This document shows positions 1 through 8,348 of a stretch of DNA of 64,000 nt, piece by piece; positions within the stretch are counted from its first letter, which is position 1; the number at the start of each line of letters is the position of its first letter. The stretch comes from Alphaproteobacteria bacterium (GTDB taxonomy: Bacteria > Pseudomonadota > Alphaproteobacteria > UBA7887). A model generated the notes under the pieces. It had not been told where the DNA came from. It made no database searches and worked only from the letters and a program-made list of their open reading frames with translations. Both the position numbers and the translations under genes were made by a program. The stretch is from positions 2,912,001-2,976,000 of the forward strand of contig CBDCGL010000011.1 of assembly GCA_965216755.1 (NCBI GenBank). The letters are read 5' to 3'.

Positions 1-1
1 C

Positions 2-925
2 AATCTGTGCAAAGTCTCGCCGGCGGTCGCCCACTATCACGTCGAAGACGTGCATCGGGCCGGCGGGGTCATCGGCATTTTGGGCGAGCTTGACCGGGCC
101 GGGCTACTGGACGCAAGCGTTCGCAATATCATGGGCGAGACGCTCGCCGAGACCCTCGACAAGTGGGATGTGCGGCGCGCCAATTCACCTGAGGTCGAAG
201 CGTTTTATCGGGCGGCGCCGGGCCGCGTGCGCAGCATTCAAGCGTTCAGCCAAAACGCGACGTACGATGCCTTGGACCTGGATCGCACGGCGGGCTGCGT
301 CCGCGATGTCGCGCACGCCTATAGCCAAGATGGCGGTTTGGCGGTTTTGTTCGGCAACATCGCCGGGGATGGCTGCATCGTGAAAACCGCCGGCGTCGAC
401 GAAAGTATCCTCAGGTTTCGCGGGCCGGCGATTGTTTTTGAAAGCCAAGATGCCGCCGTCGCCGGCATTTTGGGCGGCGACGTCAAAGCCGGCGACGTGG
501 TCGTGATCCGCTATGAGGGACCGCGCGGTGGCCCGGGCATGCAGGAAATGCTGATGCCGACCAGCATGCTGAAAGCGGTCGGCCTGGGTACGGTCTGCGC
601 GTTGATCACCGACGGTCGGTTTTCGGGCGCGACATCCGGTCTGTCGATCGGCCACATTTCACCCGAAGCGGGCGAAGGCGGTGCGATCGCCTTGATCGCG
701 CCGGGCGACAAGATCGTCATTGACATTCCCGCGCGCCGGATCGACGTGGCGATTGGCGAGGCCGAGATGACCCAGCGCCGCGCCGCCATGGATGCTCGCG
801 AAGACGGCGGTTGGCGCCCCGAGAACCGCGATCGGACCGTCTCGCGGGCGCTGCGCGCTTATGGAGCGTTGGCGCGCAGTGCCGCTTTTGGCGCGGTCCG
901 TGACCCATCTCTGGTCGGTCACTAG
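2..925 (+). CDS. ilvD: dihydroxy-acid dehydratase, 5'-truncated by window edge
   Basis: Frame open from position 2 ([22 protein letters not shown]); motifs [14 protein letters not shown] and [16 protein letters not shown]. Confidence 0.95.
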   Translation, partial: NLCKVSPAVAHYHVEDVHRAGGVIGILGELDRAGLLDASVRNIMGETLAETLDKWDVRRANSPEVEAFYRAAPGRVRSIQAFSQNATYDALDLDRTAGCVRDVAHAYSQDGGLAVLFGNIAGDGCIVKTAGVDESILRFRGPAIVFESQDAAVAGILGGDVKAGDVVVIRYEGPRGGPGMQEMLMPTSMLKAVGLGTVCALITDGRFSGATSGLSIGHISPEAGEGGAIALIAPGDKIVIDIPARRIDVAIGEAEMTQRRAAMDAREDGGWRPENRDRTVSRALRAYGALARSAAFGAVRDPSLVGH

Positions 926-956
926 TCGTATTGAGTTCCGTGAGGGAGAGCTTGCC

Positions 957-1727
957 ATGAGACTTGAAAACAAAGTTGCCATGATCAGCGCCGCCGCGTC
1001 AGGCATGGGGCGTGCCGGCGCGCTGCTTTTCGCCAAGGAAGGCGCAAAGGTGGTCGCCGTCGATATCGACGAACAGCGAGTCAACGCGGTCGCGCAAGCG
1101 GTCAAGGACCAAGGCGGCGAGGCCATCGCCGTGGTCGCGGACTTGACCAAGGACGACGAATCGAAGCGCATTGTCCACGCCGCCGTTGACGGCTTCGGCG
1201 GCCTTGACGTTCTATGGAATCATGTCGGCCATCCCGGTCCGGGACGCATCGAGGGCGTCGACATGGGTGATTATGCGCTGGCTATGGATTTGAACGTTCG
1301 CTCCGTTTTGGTGACCACGGCGGAAGCTTTGCCGGCCCTGCGCGCCCGCGGCGGCGGCAATATCCTTTTTACCGCCTCGATCGCCGGCTTGGCCGGCTCA
1401 CCATTTAGCCCCATCTATTCGGCCGCCAAGTTCGGTGTGGTCGGCCTGATGCAATCGATGGCGTGCCGGTATGCGCCGGAAAACATTCGTGTCAATGCGG
1501 TTTGCCCGGCGCCCATCGACACACCTATGTTGGACATTTTCATGAAGCGGCCGGATACCCAGGGCAATCGTGAGGAGAACGAAGCGCGCATGAAACAGGC
1601 GATTCCGCTCGGCCGCGTCGGACGCCCCGAGGAGGTCGCCGCCGCAGCCTTGTTCCTGTGTTCAGACGAATCGTCGTTTATTACCGGCGTGGCGCTGCCG
1701 ATCGACGGCGGCTATACCGCGCGCTAA
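957..1727 (+). CDS. SDR family oxidoreductase
   Basis: AAASGMG Rossmann-like motif, YSAAK catalytic motif, ITGVALPIDGG C-terminus; GGGAG RBS before ATG 957. Confidence 0.9.
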   Translation: MRLENKVAMISAAASGMGRAGALLFAKEGAKVVAVDIDEQRVNAVAQAVKDQGGEAIAVVADLTKDDESKRIVHAAVDGFGGLDVLWNHVGHPGPGRIEGVDMGDYALAMDLNVRSVLVTTAEALPALRARGGGNILFTASIAGLAGSPFSPIYSAAKFGVVGLMQSMACRYAPENIRVNAVCPAPIDTPMLDIFMKRPDTQGNREENEARMKQAIPLGRVGRPEEVAAAALFLCSDESSFITGVALPIDGGYTAR

Positions 1728-1748
1728 ACAAATCTCCGGCCAGAAGCA

Positions 1749-2564
1749 TTGCGCGTCGTGAGCACGCAAAAAAGGAGCGATCTGGCCGCGCCGATCATCG
1801 CCACGAAACAGTATCACGCGCAGCCCGTGTTCCGCCCGGAGAACCTGCTGCGCGAGGCACGTCGGCAAAAAGGACTTCAAACCGGCAAGGTGCCGCCTTT
1901 GTGCGTGCTTGACCCAGACGGCGATATCGTTCGCTATCTAATTGCCACCAAGGCCGCGCAACGGGATGCCCGGTGGCCCTGTTATCATTCCGAGTTGTTC
2001 CAATTCGTCCGCAATGAATGGAAAATCGGCATTATCGGTTGTGCCGTGGGCGCGCCCTACGCTGTGTTATTAGCGGAGCAACTTTTTGCGTCGGGCTGTC
2101 AGCTGCTGGTCAGCATCACGTCCGCCGGGCAGCTTATGCCGTTGGGACCAACCCCCTATTTTGTCCTGGTGGAAAAGGCGCTGCGGGATGAAGGCACCAG
2201 CTATCATTATCTGCCACCGGCGGAGTTCGCGGAAGCCGATCCGCGCTTGATTGAACGCGTCACGCCCTTGTTGTCAGTTGCCGCGCCGGTTGTCGTGCGC
2301 GGCGCGACATGGACGACCGACGCGCCATTTCGCGAAACCGAATCCGTGATCGCGGCGGGTCGCAACCGAGGACTGGCCGCAATCGAGATGGAATGCGCGG
2401 CGCTTTACGCCTTTGCCCGCGCGCGCGGCAAACCGGTCGTCTGTTTGGCCCATGTGACGAACACCATGGCGGTGACAGAAGGCGATTTCGAAAAAGGCAG
2501 CCACCAAGGGGCGCTCGACGCGCTGGCCCTGGTTGACGCGCTCGTGCCACATGTCGCGGAATGA
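1749..2564 (+). CDS. nucleoside phosphorylase family protein (PNP/UDP)
   Basis: ALRDEGTSYHY, TWTTDAPFRET and IEMECAAL motifs; start codon uncertain. Confidence 0.85.
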   Translation: MRVVSTQKRSDLAAPIIATKQYHAQPVFRPENLLREARRQKGLQTGKVPPLCVLDPDGDIVRYLIATKAAQRDARWPCYHSELFQFVRNEWKIGIIGCAVGAPYAVLLAEQLFASGCQLLVSITSAGQLMPLGPTPYFVLVEKALRDEGTSYHYLPPAEFAEADPRLIERVTPLLSVAAPVVVRGATWTTDAPFRETESVIAAGRNRGLAAIEMECAALYAFARARGKPVVCLAHVTNTMAVTEGDFEKGSHQGALDALALVDALVPHVAE

Positions 2565-2644
2565 CGCGCGCGCCATGTGTGTGTGATACCTTTTTTGCTT
2601 CGAAGAGATTGGGCACCGATCCACATAACCGAGCTTGGCCCTAA

Positions 2645-2761
2645 GGCCGGGCTGATGCCGTGGCTGTCTCGGCCGTGTCCGATGACGACGCCAAGGCCAA
2701 ATATCCCGACGGCTGGAAAGCCCCGCTGCCTTGTTTGCGGACCGTTCCACAGCCGCAGTAG
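2645..2761 (+). pseudogene. C-terminal remnant of a 1-Cys peroxiredoxin (Prx6-type)
   Basis: 2672-2761 translates AVSDDDAKAKYPDGWKAPLPCLRTVPQPQ*, resembling the Prx6 C-terminal tail; in-frame TAA at 2642-2644 and no catalytic domain upstream. Confidence 0.65.
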
Positions 2762-2982
2762 GCAGGCATTTGGCGACGTCGGTCGATTCGCTGGACCGAC
2801 AATGCCCAAGGCGTCTCATTCAGTAAGGGCCAGCGCACGCGCGCGCCGGCCGCTTTGCTTGTGGTATAAATCGACGCAGTCCATCATGCGGGCGCAACAC
2901 GCGCGAGAGGACGTCGCGGCCGACCGTTGAAGTCATCGGGCGGTCCGTCTGACGCCACATGGCGCAAACGGGGGAATGCGAC

Positions 2983-3546
2983 ATGTCACTGTTACTGCTG
3001 GGGCTGCTGCTGTGGTGTGTGGTGCACTTGACACCCGGTCTCGCGCCGGGACTGCGCACCAACGTGATCGCGCGCACAAGCGAGGCGACATGGAAGGGCG
3101 GATTTGCCTTGCTGGTCGTGTTGTCAATTGTGCTCATGGTGTTCGGATGGCGCGCGACCACGGTCACGACGCTCTACGACCCGCCGCTTTGGGGTCCGGG
3201 CGCAACGCGATTTTTGGTATTGGTCAGTTTCGTCCTGTTCGCAGCGGCCAATATGAAAACCAACATCAAGCGCATCATCCGCCACCCGCAGCTGTCTGGC
3301 TTGATCATTTGGGCGATCGGCCATTTGTTGGCCAATGGTGAGAACCGGTCGGTGCTGCTGTTCGCCGTGCTTGGAATTTGGGCCGCGGTTGAGATTGCCG
3401 TGATCAACCGCCGCGATGGGCCACGCACGGTGCCGGCAGCTGTACCCATCGCCAAAGATATCATTCCGATCGCCGGCGGCGCGGTTGTCTATGTCGTGTT
3501 TGTTTTATTGCACCCCTATTTGTTCGGTGTATCGCCGCTTGGCTAG
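2983..3546 (+). CDS. NnrU family membrane protein
   Basis: Hydrophobic protein with IRHPQL..IWAIGHLLANG motif and LHPYLFGVSP C-terminus. Confidence 0.85.
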   Translation: MSLLLLGLLLWCVVHLTPGLAPGLRTNVIARTSEATWKGGFALLVVLSIVLMVFGWRATTVTTLYDPPLWGPGATRFLVLVSFVLFAAANMKTNIKRIIRHPQLSGLIIWAIGHLLANGENRSVLLFAVLGIWAAVEIAVINRRDGPRTVPAAVPIAKDIIPIAGGAVVYVVFVLLHPYLFGVSPLG

Positions 3547-3697
3547 TCGCCGCGGCATGCCCCCGCCGACAGTATGGTTTTTTGGTCGTGTGGCCCAGGT
3601 TCGGTGGTTGCGCGCGTGTGCCCGTTGTCAATTGTCGTTTGACATTGCCAAATGACGCGCGTCAGCCGCGACACCGTGTAAAGATGGTGGCGAACCG

Positions 3698-4336
3698 ATG
3701 GTGTTGACGAAGGAAACATTGAAGCGATGGCGCCAGCAATGGCGCGAACGCCAATGGGAAAAAGAACACGACCGCGAACGTGTGCGGTTTGTGGAGAAGA
3801 TGCTGCCCAAGAATGGCGTCGGCGCCGAACTCGGCGTGTTCAAAGGCCAATTCACGCCGTTCCTGCTGCGCCATGCCACGCCCGTCAAGCTGCATCTGAT
3901 CGATCCTTGGTACATGCTCACCGACTATTGGCATTGGGGGACCGGCAACCGCAGCACGGTCGAAGCGGTGGTCGAGCTTCTCAAGACCTGGAAAAAAGAA
4001 ATCGAGCGTCAGCAGATCGTCGTCCACATCGGCGATGACAGAGATATTCTGCCGACGTTTCCCGATCAATATTTTGACTGGGTCTATGTCGACTCAAGCC
4101 ACGACTATGACCACACCGCGGCCGAGCTCGCCGTGCTGAAATCCAAGGTCAAGGCGGATGGTATCATCGCCGGCGACGATTGGCGGCCCGATCCCGCCAA
4201 TCGGCATCACGGAGTCTATAAGGCGGTGAACGAATTTGTTCGCGATCACGCCTATGAAATCATCTACGAGAGCGCCGAGGATGGTCAGTGGGCCATCGCC
4301 ACCTCGGCTTTTGACGGGCGCGTGCGGCTGCCGTAG
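3698..4336 (+). CDS. class I SAM-dependent methyltransferase (Methyltransf_24-like)
   Basis: GAELGVFKG, LIDPW, FDWVYVDSSHDY and GIIAGDD motifs. Confidence 0.85.
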   Translation: MVLTKETLKRWRQQWRERQWEKEHDRERVRFVEKMLPKNGVGAELGVFKGQFTPFLLRHATPVKLHLIDPWYMLTDYWHWGTGNRSTVEAVVELLKTWKKEIERQQIVVHIGDDRDILPTFPDQYFDWVYVDSSHDYDHTAAELAVLKSKVKADGIIAGDDWRPDPANRHHGVYKAVNEFVRDHAYEIIYESAEDGQWAIATSAFDGRVRLP

Positions 4337-4400
4337 ACACGCGGTCGACGCATCAATTGTGTGTCAACGTATCAACGAAGATTGAGGCTGTAACGTCACC

Positions 4401-5027
4401 ATGACCTTAAGCGTCATCGGCACCGGGTTTGGCCGCACCGGGACATTGTCGATGAAAGCGGCACTGGAACAACTCGGGTTTGGCCCCTGCCACCACATGA
4501 TGGAAGTGCGCCAAAATCCCGATCAAATCGCCCATTGGGAGGCCGCGGCCGATGACCGACCGGTGAATTGGAGTGCCGTGTTCGCAAAGTATCGATCGGC
4601 GGTAGACTGGCCGAGCGCACGCTACTGGCGTGCCTTGGTGGACCATTATCCTGACGCGAAGGTGATCTTGACCGCGCGCGACCCAGAGAGCTGGTATCGA
4701 AGCATCTGCAAGACGATCTTTGTGGTCATGAAAGAGCGCGCGAACATCGACGATCCGGCGCGTCGGCGGGTAATGAATATGGCCTATCGTACGATCGTTG
4801 AGCAAACCTTTGATGATCGTCTTGACGATCGCGACCATGCGATCGCGGTATATAAACGCCATGTCGAGGCGGTGATCGCCACCGTGCCTCGGGAACGATT
4901 GTTGGTGATGGAGGTGGCCGAAGGCTGGGCACCGTTGTGCCGACATCTGGGCTGCGCCGTGCCCGATGGGCCGTTTCCGCGCAGCAACAGTACGGAAGAG
5001 TTCTGGGAACGGTTGGCGCCGCGATGA
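4401..5027 (+). CDS. sulfotransferase family protein
   Basis: VIGTGFGRTGTLSMKAALEQLG.GPCHHM N-terminus; VDWP, ILTARDPESW and GWAPLC..L...P..PFP motifs. Confidence 0.88.
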   Translation: MTLSVIGTGFGRTGTLSMKAALEQLGFGPCHHMMEVRQNPDQIAHWEAAADDRPVNWSAVFAKYRSAVDWPSARYWRALVDHYPDAKVILTARDPESWYRSICKTIFVVMKERANIDDPARRRVMNMAYRTIVEQTFDDRLDDRDHAIAVYKRHVEAVIATVPRERLLVMEVAEGWAPLCRHLGCAVPDGPFPRSNSTEEFWERLAPR

Positions 5028-5425
5028 GTGTCGCATTCGCGATCGAGCCGACCCTTGACGTCGATGAAATGATCGACGTGTTCCGGCGTTCCGGTTTGGC
5101 GGAACGACGGCCCATGGATCAACCGGAATTGTTGGCGCGCATGGCGGCGGGCGGCAATTTGATCGTCACCGCCCGAGATCAAGGGAGACTTGTGGGCCTC
5201 GCCCGCTCGGTGACCGATTTCGCTTATTGCGTTTATCTCTCGGATCTCGCCACCGACACCGCCTATCAGGGCCGAGGGATCGGCACGCGTTTGATCGCCA
5301 TGACCCAAGACGCGGCTGGACCCGATGCCAATCTGGTTTTGATATCCGCGCCCGATGCGATGGTGTTTTACCGCCGTATCGGATTGGAGAATACCCCGGC
5401 CGCCTGGATCAAGCGGGTCCGCTGA
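5024..5425 (+). CDS. GNAT family N-acetyltransferase
   Basis: YLSDLA...YQGRGIG acetyl-CoA motif, FYRRIG; ATGA overlap with upstream stop. Confidence 0.88.
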   Translation: MSVAFAIEPTLDVDEMIDVFRRSGLAERRPMDQPELLARMAAGGNLIVTARDQGRLVGLARSVTDFAYCVYLSDLATDTAYQGRGIGTRLIAMTQDAAGPDANLVLISAPDAMVFYRRIGLENTPAAWIKRVR

Positions 5426-5580
5426 TCTTTTGCCAACGGCAGGGTTCGTCATGCCGACTTATGAGCGAATGGCGCCTAAGCCCCCGAAAATCGTCGCACG
5501 ACAGACATACCCGGCCGTGTAATCTCGCATGATCGGGCGCCTGAGACGCATCGCGATCGCCCGACAGGAAGGATGCCATC

Positions 5581-5865
5581 GTGAAAGTAATTGTCATCGC
5601 GCATCGCAAAGACGCCGGTCCGAACGCGTTCGCGCCCCATTTGGCGGCGGAAGCGACCCATGCCCTCGGTTTGTATCGCGACGAAGTGGTGCGCGAAATC
5701 TACTCGCGCCGAGATGGGAAGGGCGCCGTTCTGGTGCTGGAATGCAAAGACGAAGACGAAGCGCTGGCCATCGTCTCTGAATTGCCGTTAGCCAAAGCTG
5801 GGCTGCTGACGTTCGACGTCTATGGCACCAAACCGTTCCGGGGCATTGTCGAAATTCTCAACTGA
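5581..5865 (+). CDS. muconolactone delta-isomerase-like small protein
   Basis: AE....L..LY...VREIYSR.D..GAV.VLE......A......LPLAKAG pattern; GGAAGGA RBS. Confidence 0.65.
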   Translation: MKVIVIAHRKDAGPNAFAPHLAAEATHALGLYRDEVVREIYSRRDGKGAVLVLECKDEDEALAIVSELPLAKAGLLTFDVYGTKPFRGIVEILN

Positions 5866-5897
5866 CACGCCACTGACCACGCGTGAAGGAGTCCGTC

Positions 5898-6674
5898 ATG
5901 TATCGAAAAAACCCGCTAAAGGCCCGTTTGGCGGCGGGCGGCAAGTGCTTGGGCGCGTGGACGTCACTGGCAAGCCCGGCGGTGGCCGAGATTCTGGCCT
6001 TGGCCGGTTTCGATTTCTTGATCATCGACTATGAGCATGGGCCGGCGGATCAACAAAATCTGGTCAACCAGCTGCGTGCCATGACAGCCACCGCCGCGAC
6101 CGCGATTTTGCGCGTGCCAAGCCACGATCCGAATTATCTCAAGACGGTTCTTGATCACGGCATCGAAGGGGTGATGGTGCCGAACGTCAAGACAGCCGAT
6201 GAGGCGCGCGCCATTGCCGCCGCCTGCCGCTATCCACCCGCGGGCATTCGAGGGTCGGCCTATCCGATCGCGCGCGGCGCCAGCTATGGCATCGATGCCG
6301 AGGATTATCTGCGCACCATCAACGACAATCTGGTGATCATGTGCCAGATCGAATCGAACACGGGCGTCGAAAATATCGATGCGATCGCGGCAGTCGACGG
6401 CATCGATGTGCTGTTCATGGGAGTCAACGATCTGGCCGGCAGCGTTGGTCGACTCGGCAGTTTAGACCATCCGGAGGTCCTCGGCCTGATCGAAAGGTTC
6501 GAAGCCGGCGTACGCAAATCAGGTAAATATTTGGGTAGCATTCCGCAGCCAGGCCGCAGCTATCAAGACTTGTTCGATGCAGGCTACAGCGTCGCGGCCG
6601 CCTTTTCCGATAGCTACACGTTGATGGATGCGGCCCGCGGCGCTGTCAAAACACATCGGGAGGCCAATGGTTAG
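5898..6674 (+). CDS. HpcH/HpaI aldolase family protein
   Basis: GFDFLIIDYEHG, RYPPAGIRG, QIE and LFMGVNDL motifs. Confidence 0.9.
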   Translation: MYRKNPLKARLAAGGKCLGAWTSLASPAVAEILALAGFDFLIIDYEHGPADQQNLVNQLRAMTATAATAILRVPSHDPNYLKTVLDHGIEGVMVPNVKTADEARAIAAACRYPPAGIRGSAYPIARGASYGIDAEDYLRTINDNLVIMCQIESNTGVENIDAIAAVDGIDVLFMGVNDLAGSVGRLGSLDHPEVLGLIERFEAGVRKSGKYLGSIPQPGRSYQDLFDAGYSVAAAFSDSYTLMDAARGAVKTHREANG

Positions 6675-6686
6675 GCTGCGCCCCGT

Positions 6687-8345
6687 CTAAGACGCGACGC
6701 GGGCACGATCGATAATTTCGTCGTAGGCGAGGCCGGCGGGCAAACTGCCATAGCTGCGCCCCCAATCGCCGGCCAGCCGTGACGCCAAGAAACCCTCGGC
6801 CACCGCGCTCGGCGCATGTTGCACAAGTAGCGCGCCTTGCAGGGTGAGGGCCATCATTTCGGTCAACCGACGCGCCCGGACTTCGCGCTCGCCCGGCAAA
6901 TCGAGCGCGTTTTTGAGCTGGTCGGCGGCGGCATCGAGCCGCGGATCGGTCCCCCGCGCGGCGTCGATTTCAGCCAAGAACGCCGCCAATGAACTTGGTT
7001 CGCGGCTCATGGCACGCAAGACATCCAGACAAATCACATTGCCTGAGCCTTCCCAGATGCTGTTGACGGGTGCTTCGCGATAAAGCCGCGGCAGCATTGA
7101 GTCTTCAACATAGCCGCCACCCCCAAGACATTCCATCGCTTCATAAACATGGTTCGGCAAGCGTTTGTTGACCCAATATTTGGCGACCGCGACGGCAATC
7201 CGTGCAAATAGCGTCTGATCGGGGTCGCGGGTGGCCTCGTCATAGCCGCGCGCCACGCGCATGGTCAGCATTGTGGCCGCTTCGGATTCGATCACAAGAT
7301 CGGCCAAAACGTTACGCATGAGCGGATGCTGGGTCAGGCGGCGCTGGAACGTGGTGCGATGATCGGCGTGATGGACGGCTTGGACGGTGGCCTGGCGCAT
7401 CATGCCGGCCGGCGCGACGGCCGTATCCAAGCGGGTGTGTTGCACCATGTCCATGATGGTTGCGATGCCGCGCCCCTCCTCGCCGATCAGGCGCGCCCAG
7501 GTGCCGTCATATTCGATCTCGGCGGATGCATTCGATCGGTTGCCAAGCTTATCCTTGAGCCGCTGAATCAGAAACGGGTTGCGGCTGCCATCGGGCTGCC
7601 AGCGCGGCACCAAGAAACACGACGGCCCTTTGTCGGTGACCGCCAACGTTAGAAACGCGTCCGACATGGGCGCCGAACAAAACCATTTATGGCCGCGCAG
7701 CGCATAGGCGCCATTGGCGCCAAGCGCTTCCGCCCGCGTGGTATTGGTCCGCACGTCCGAGCCACCTTGTTTTTCGGTCATTGCCATGCCGATCGTGGCG
7801 CCCGCTTTTTCCGCCGCCGGCACACAGGCCGGGTCATAGTGGCTCGACAGTGCGCGGGGTTCCCAAACGGCGGCAACGTTCGGTTGGTGACGCAATGCCG
7901 CAACCGAAGCATAAGTCATGGTGATCGGGCAGCACACGCCCGCTTCCACCTGGGTCAGCAGATATTCCAGCGACGCGTGGGCGACATGGCCGCCGGGTCG
8001 GTCCGCCGTCCAGCCAAGCGCGTGGACTTCGTGGTTGATGGCCAACGCCATGAGTTCGTGGTAGGCGGGGTGAAACACAACCTCGTCAATGCGCTGTCCA
8101 AAGCGATCAAAAGCTCTCAGTTCCGGTGGCTGGCGATTGGCGGTCGCGCCGAGCTCAAGCACGTGCTCGGTCGCCAGCAGCGCGCCAAATCGGCGCAGGC
8201 GGTCGACGGCCCAACCTGCGCCTTCGCGCTTGACCGCCTCGACCAATGCTGGATCGCGATCAAACAAATTATAGTCCGCCAGGATCGGCGGCTGGTTGGT
8301 CACCTCGTGGGTGGCGAGTTCGGTGCGCGGGGCGCGCGGCGCCAT
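6687..8345 (-). CDS. aidB: AidB-like acyl-CoA dehydrogenase
   Basis: THEVTNQPP N-terminus; CPITMTYA, MAMTEKQGGSDV, RLKDKLGNRSNAS, REAPVNSIWEGSGNV. Confidence 0.88.
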   Translation of the reverse strand: MAPRAPRTELATHEVTNQPPILADYNLFDRDPALVEAVKREGAGWAVDRLRRFGALLATEHVLELGATANRQPPELRAFDRFGQRIDEVVFHPAYHELMALAINHEVHALGWTADRPGGHVAHASLEYLLTQVEAGVCCPITMTYASVAALRHQPNVAAVWEPRALSSHYDPACVPAAEKAGATIGMAMTEKQGGSDVRTNTTRAEALGANGAYALRGHKWFCSAPMSDAFLTLAVTDKGPSCFLVPRWQPDGSRNPFLIQRLKDKLGNRSNASAEIEYDGTWARLIGEEGRGIATIMDMVQHTRLDTAVAPAGMMRQATVQAVHHADHRTTFQRRLTQHPLMRNVLADLVIESEAATMLTMRVARGYDEATRDPDQTLFARIAVAVAKYWVNKRLPNHVYEAMECLGGGGYVEDSMLPRLYREAPVNSIWEGSGNVICLDVLRAMSREPSSLAAFLAEIDAARGTDPRLDAAADQLKNALDLPGEREVRARRLTEMMALTLQGALLVQHAPSAVAEGFLASRLAGDWGRSYGSLPAGLAYDEIIDRARVAS

Positions 8346-8348
8346 GGA

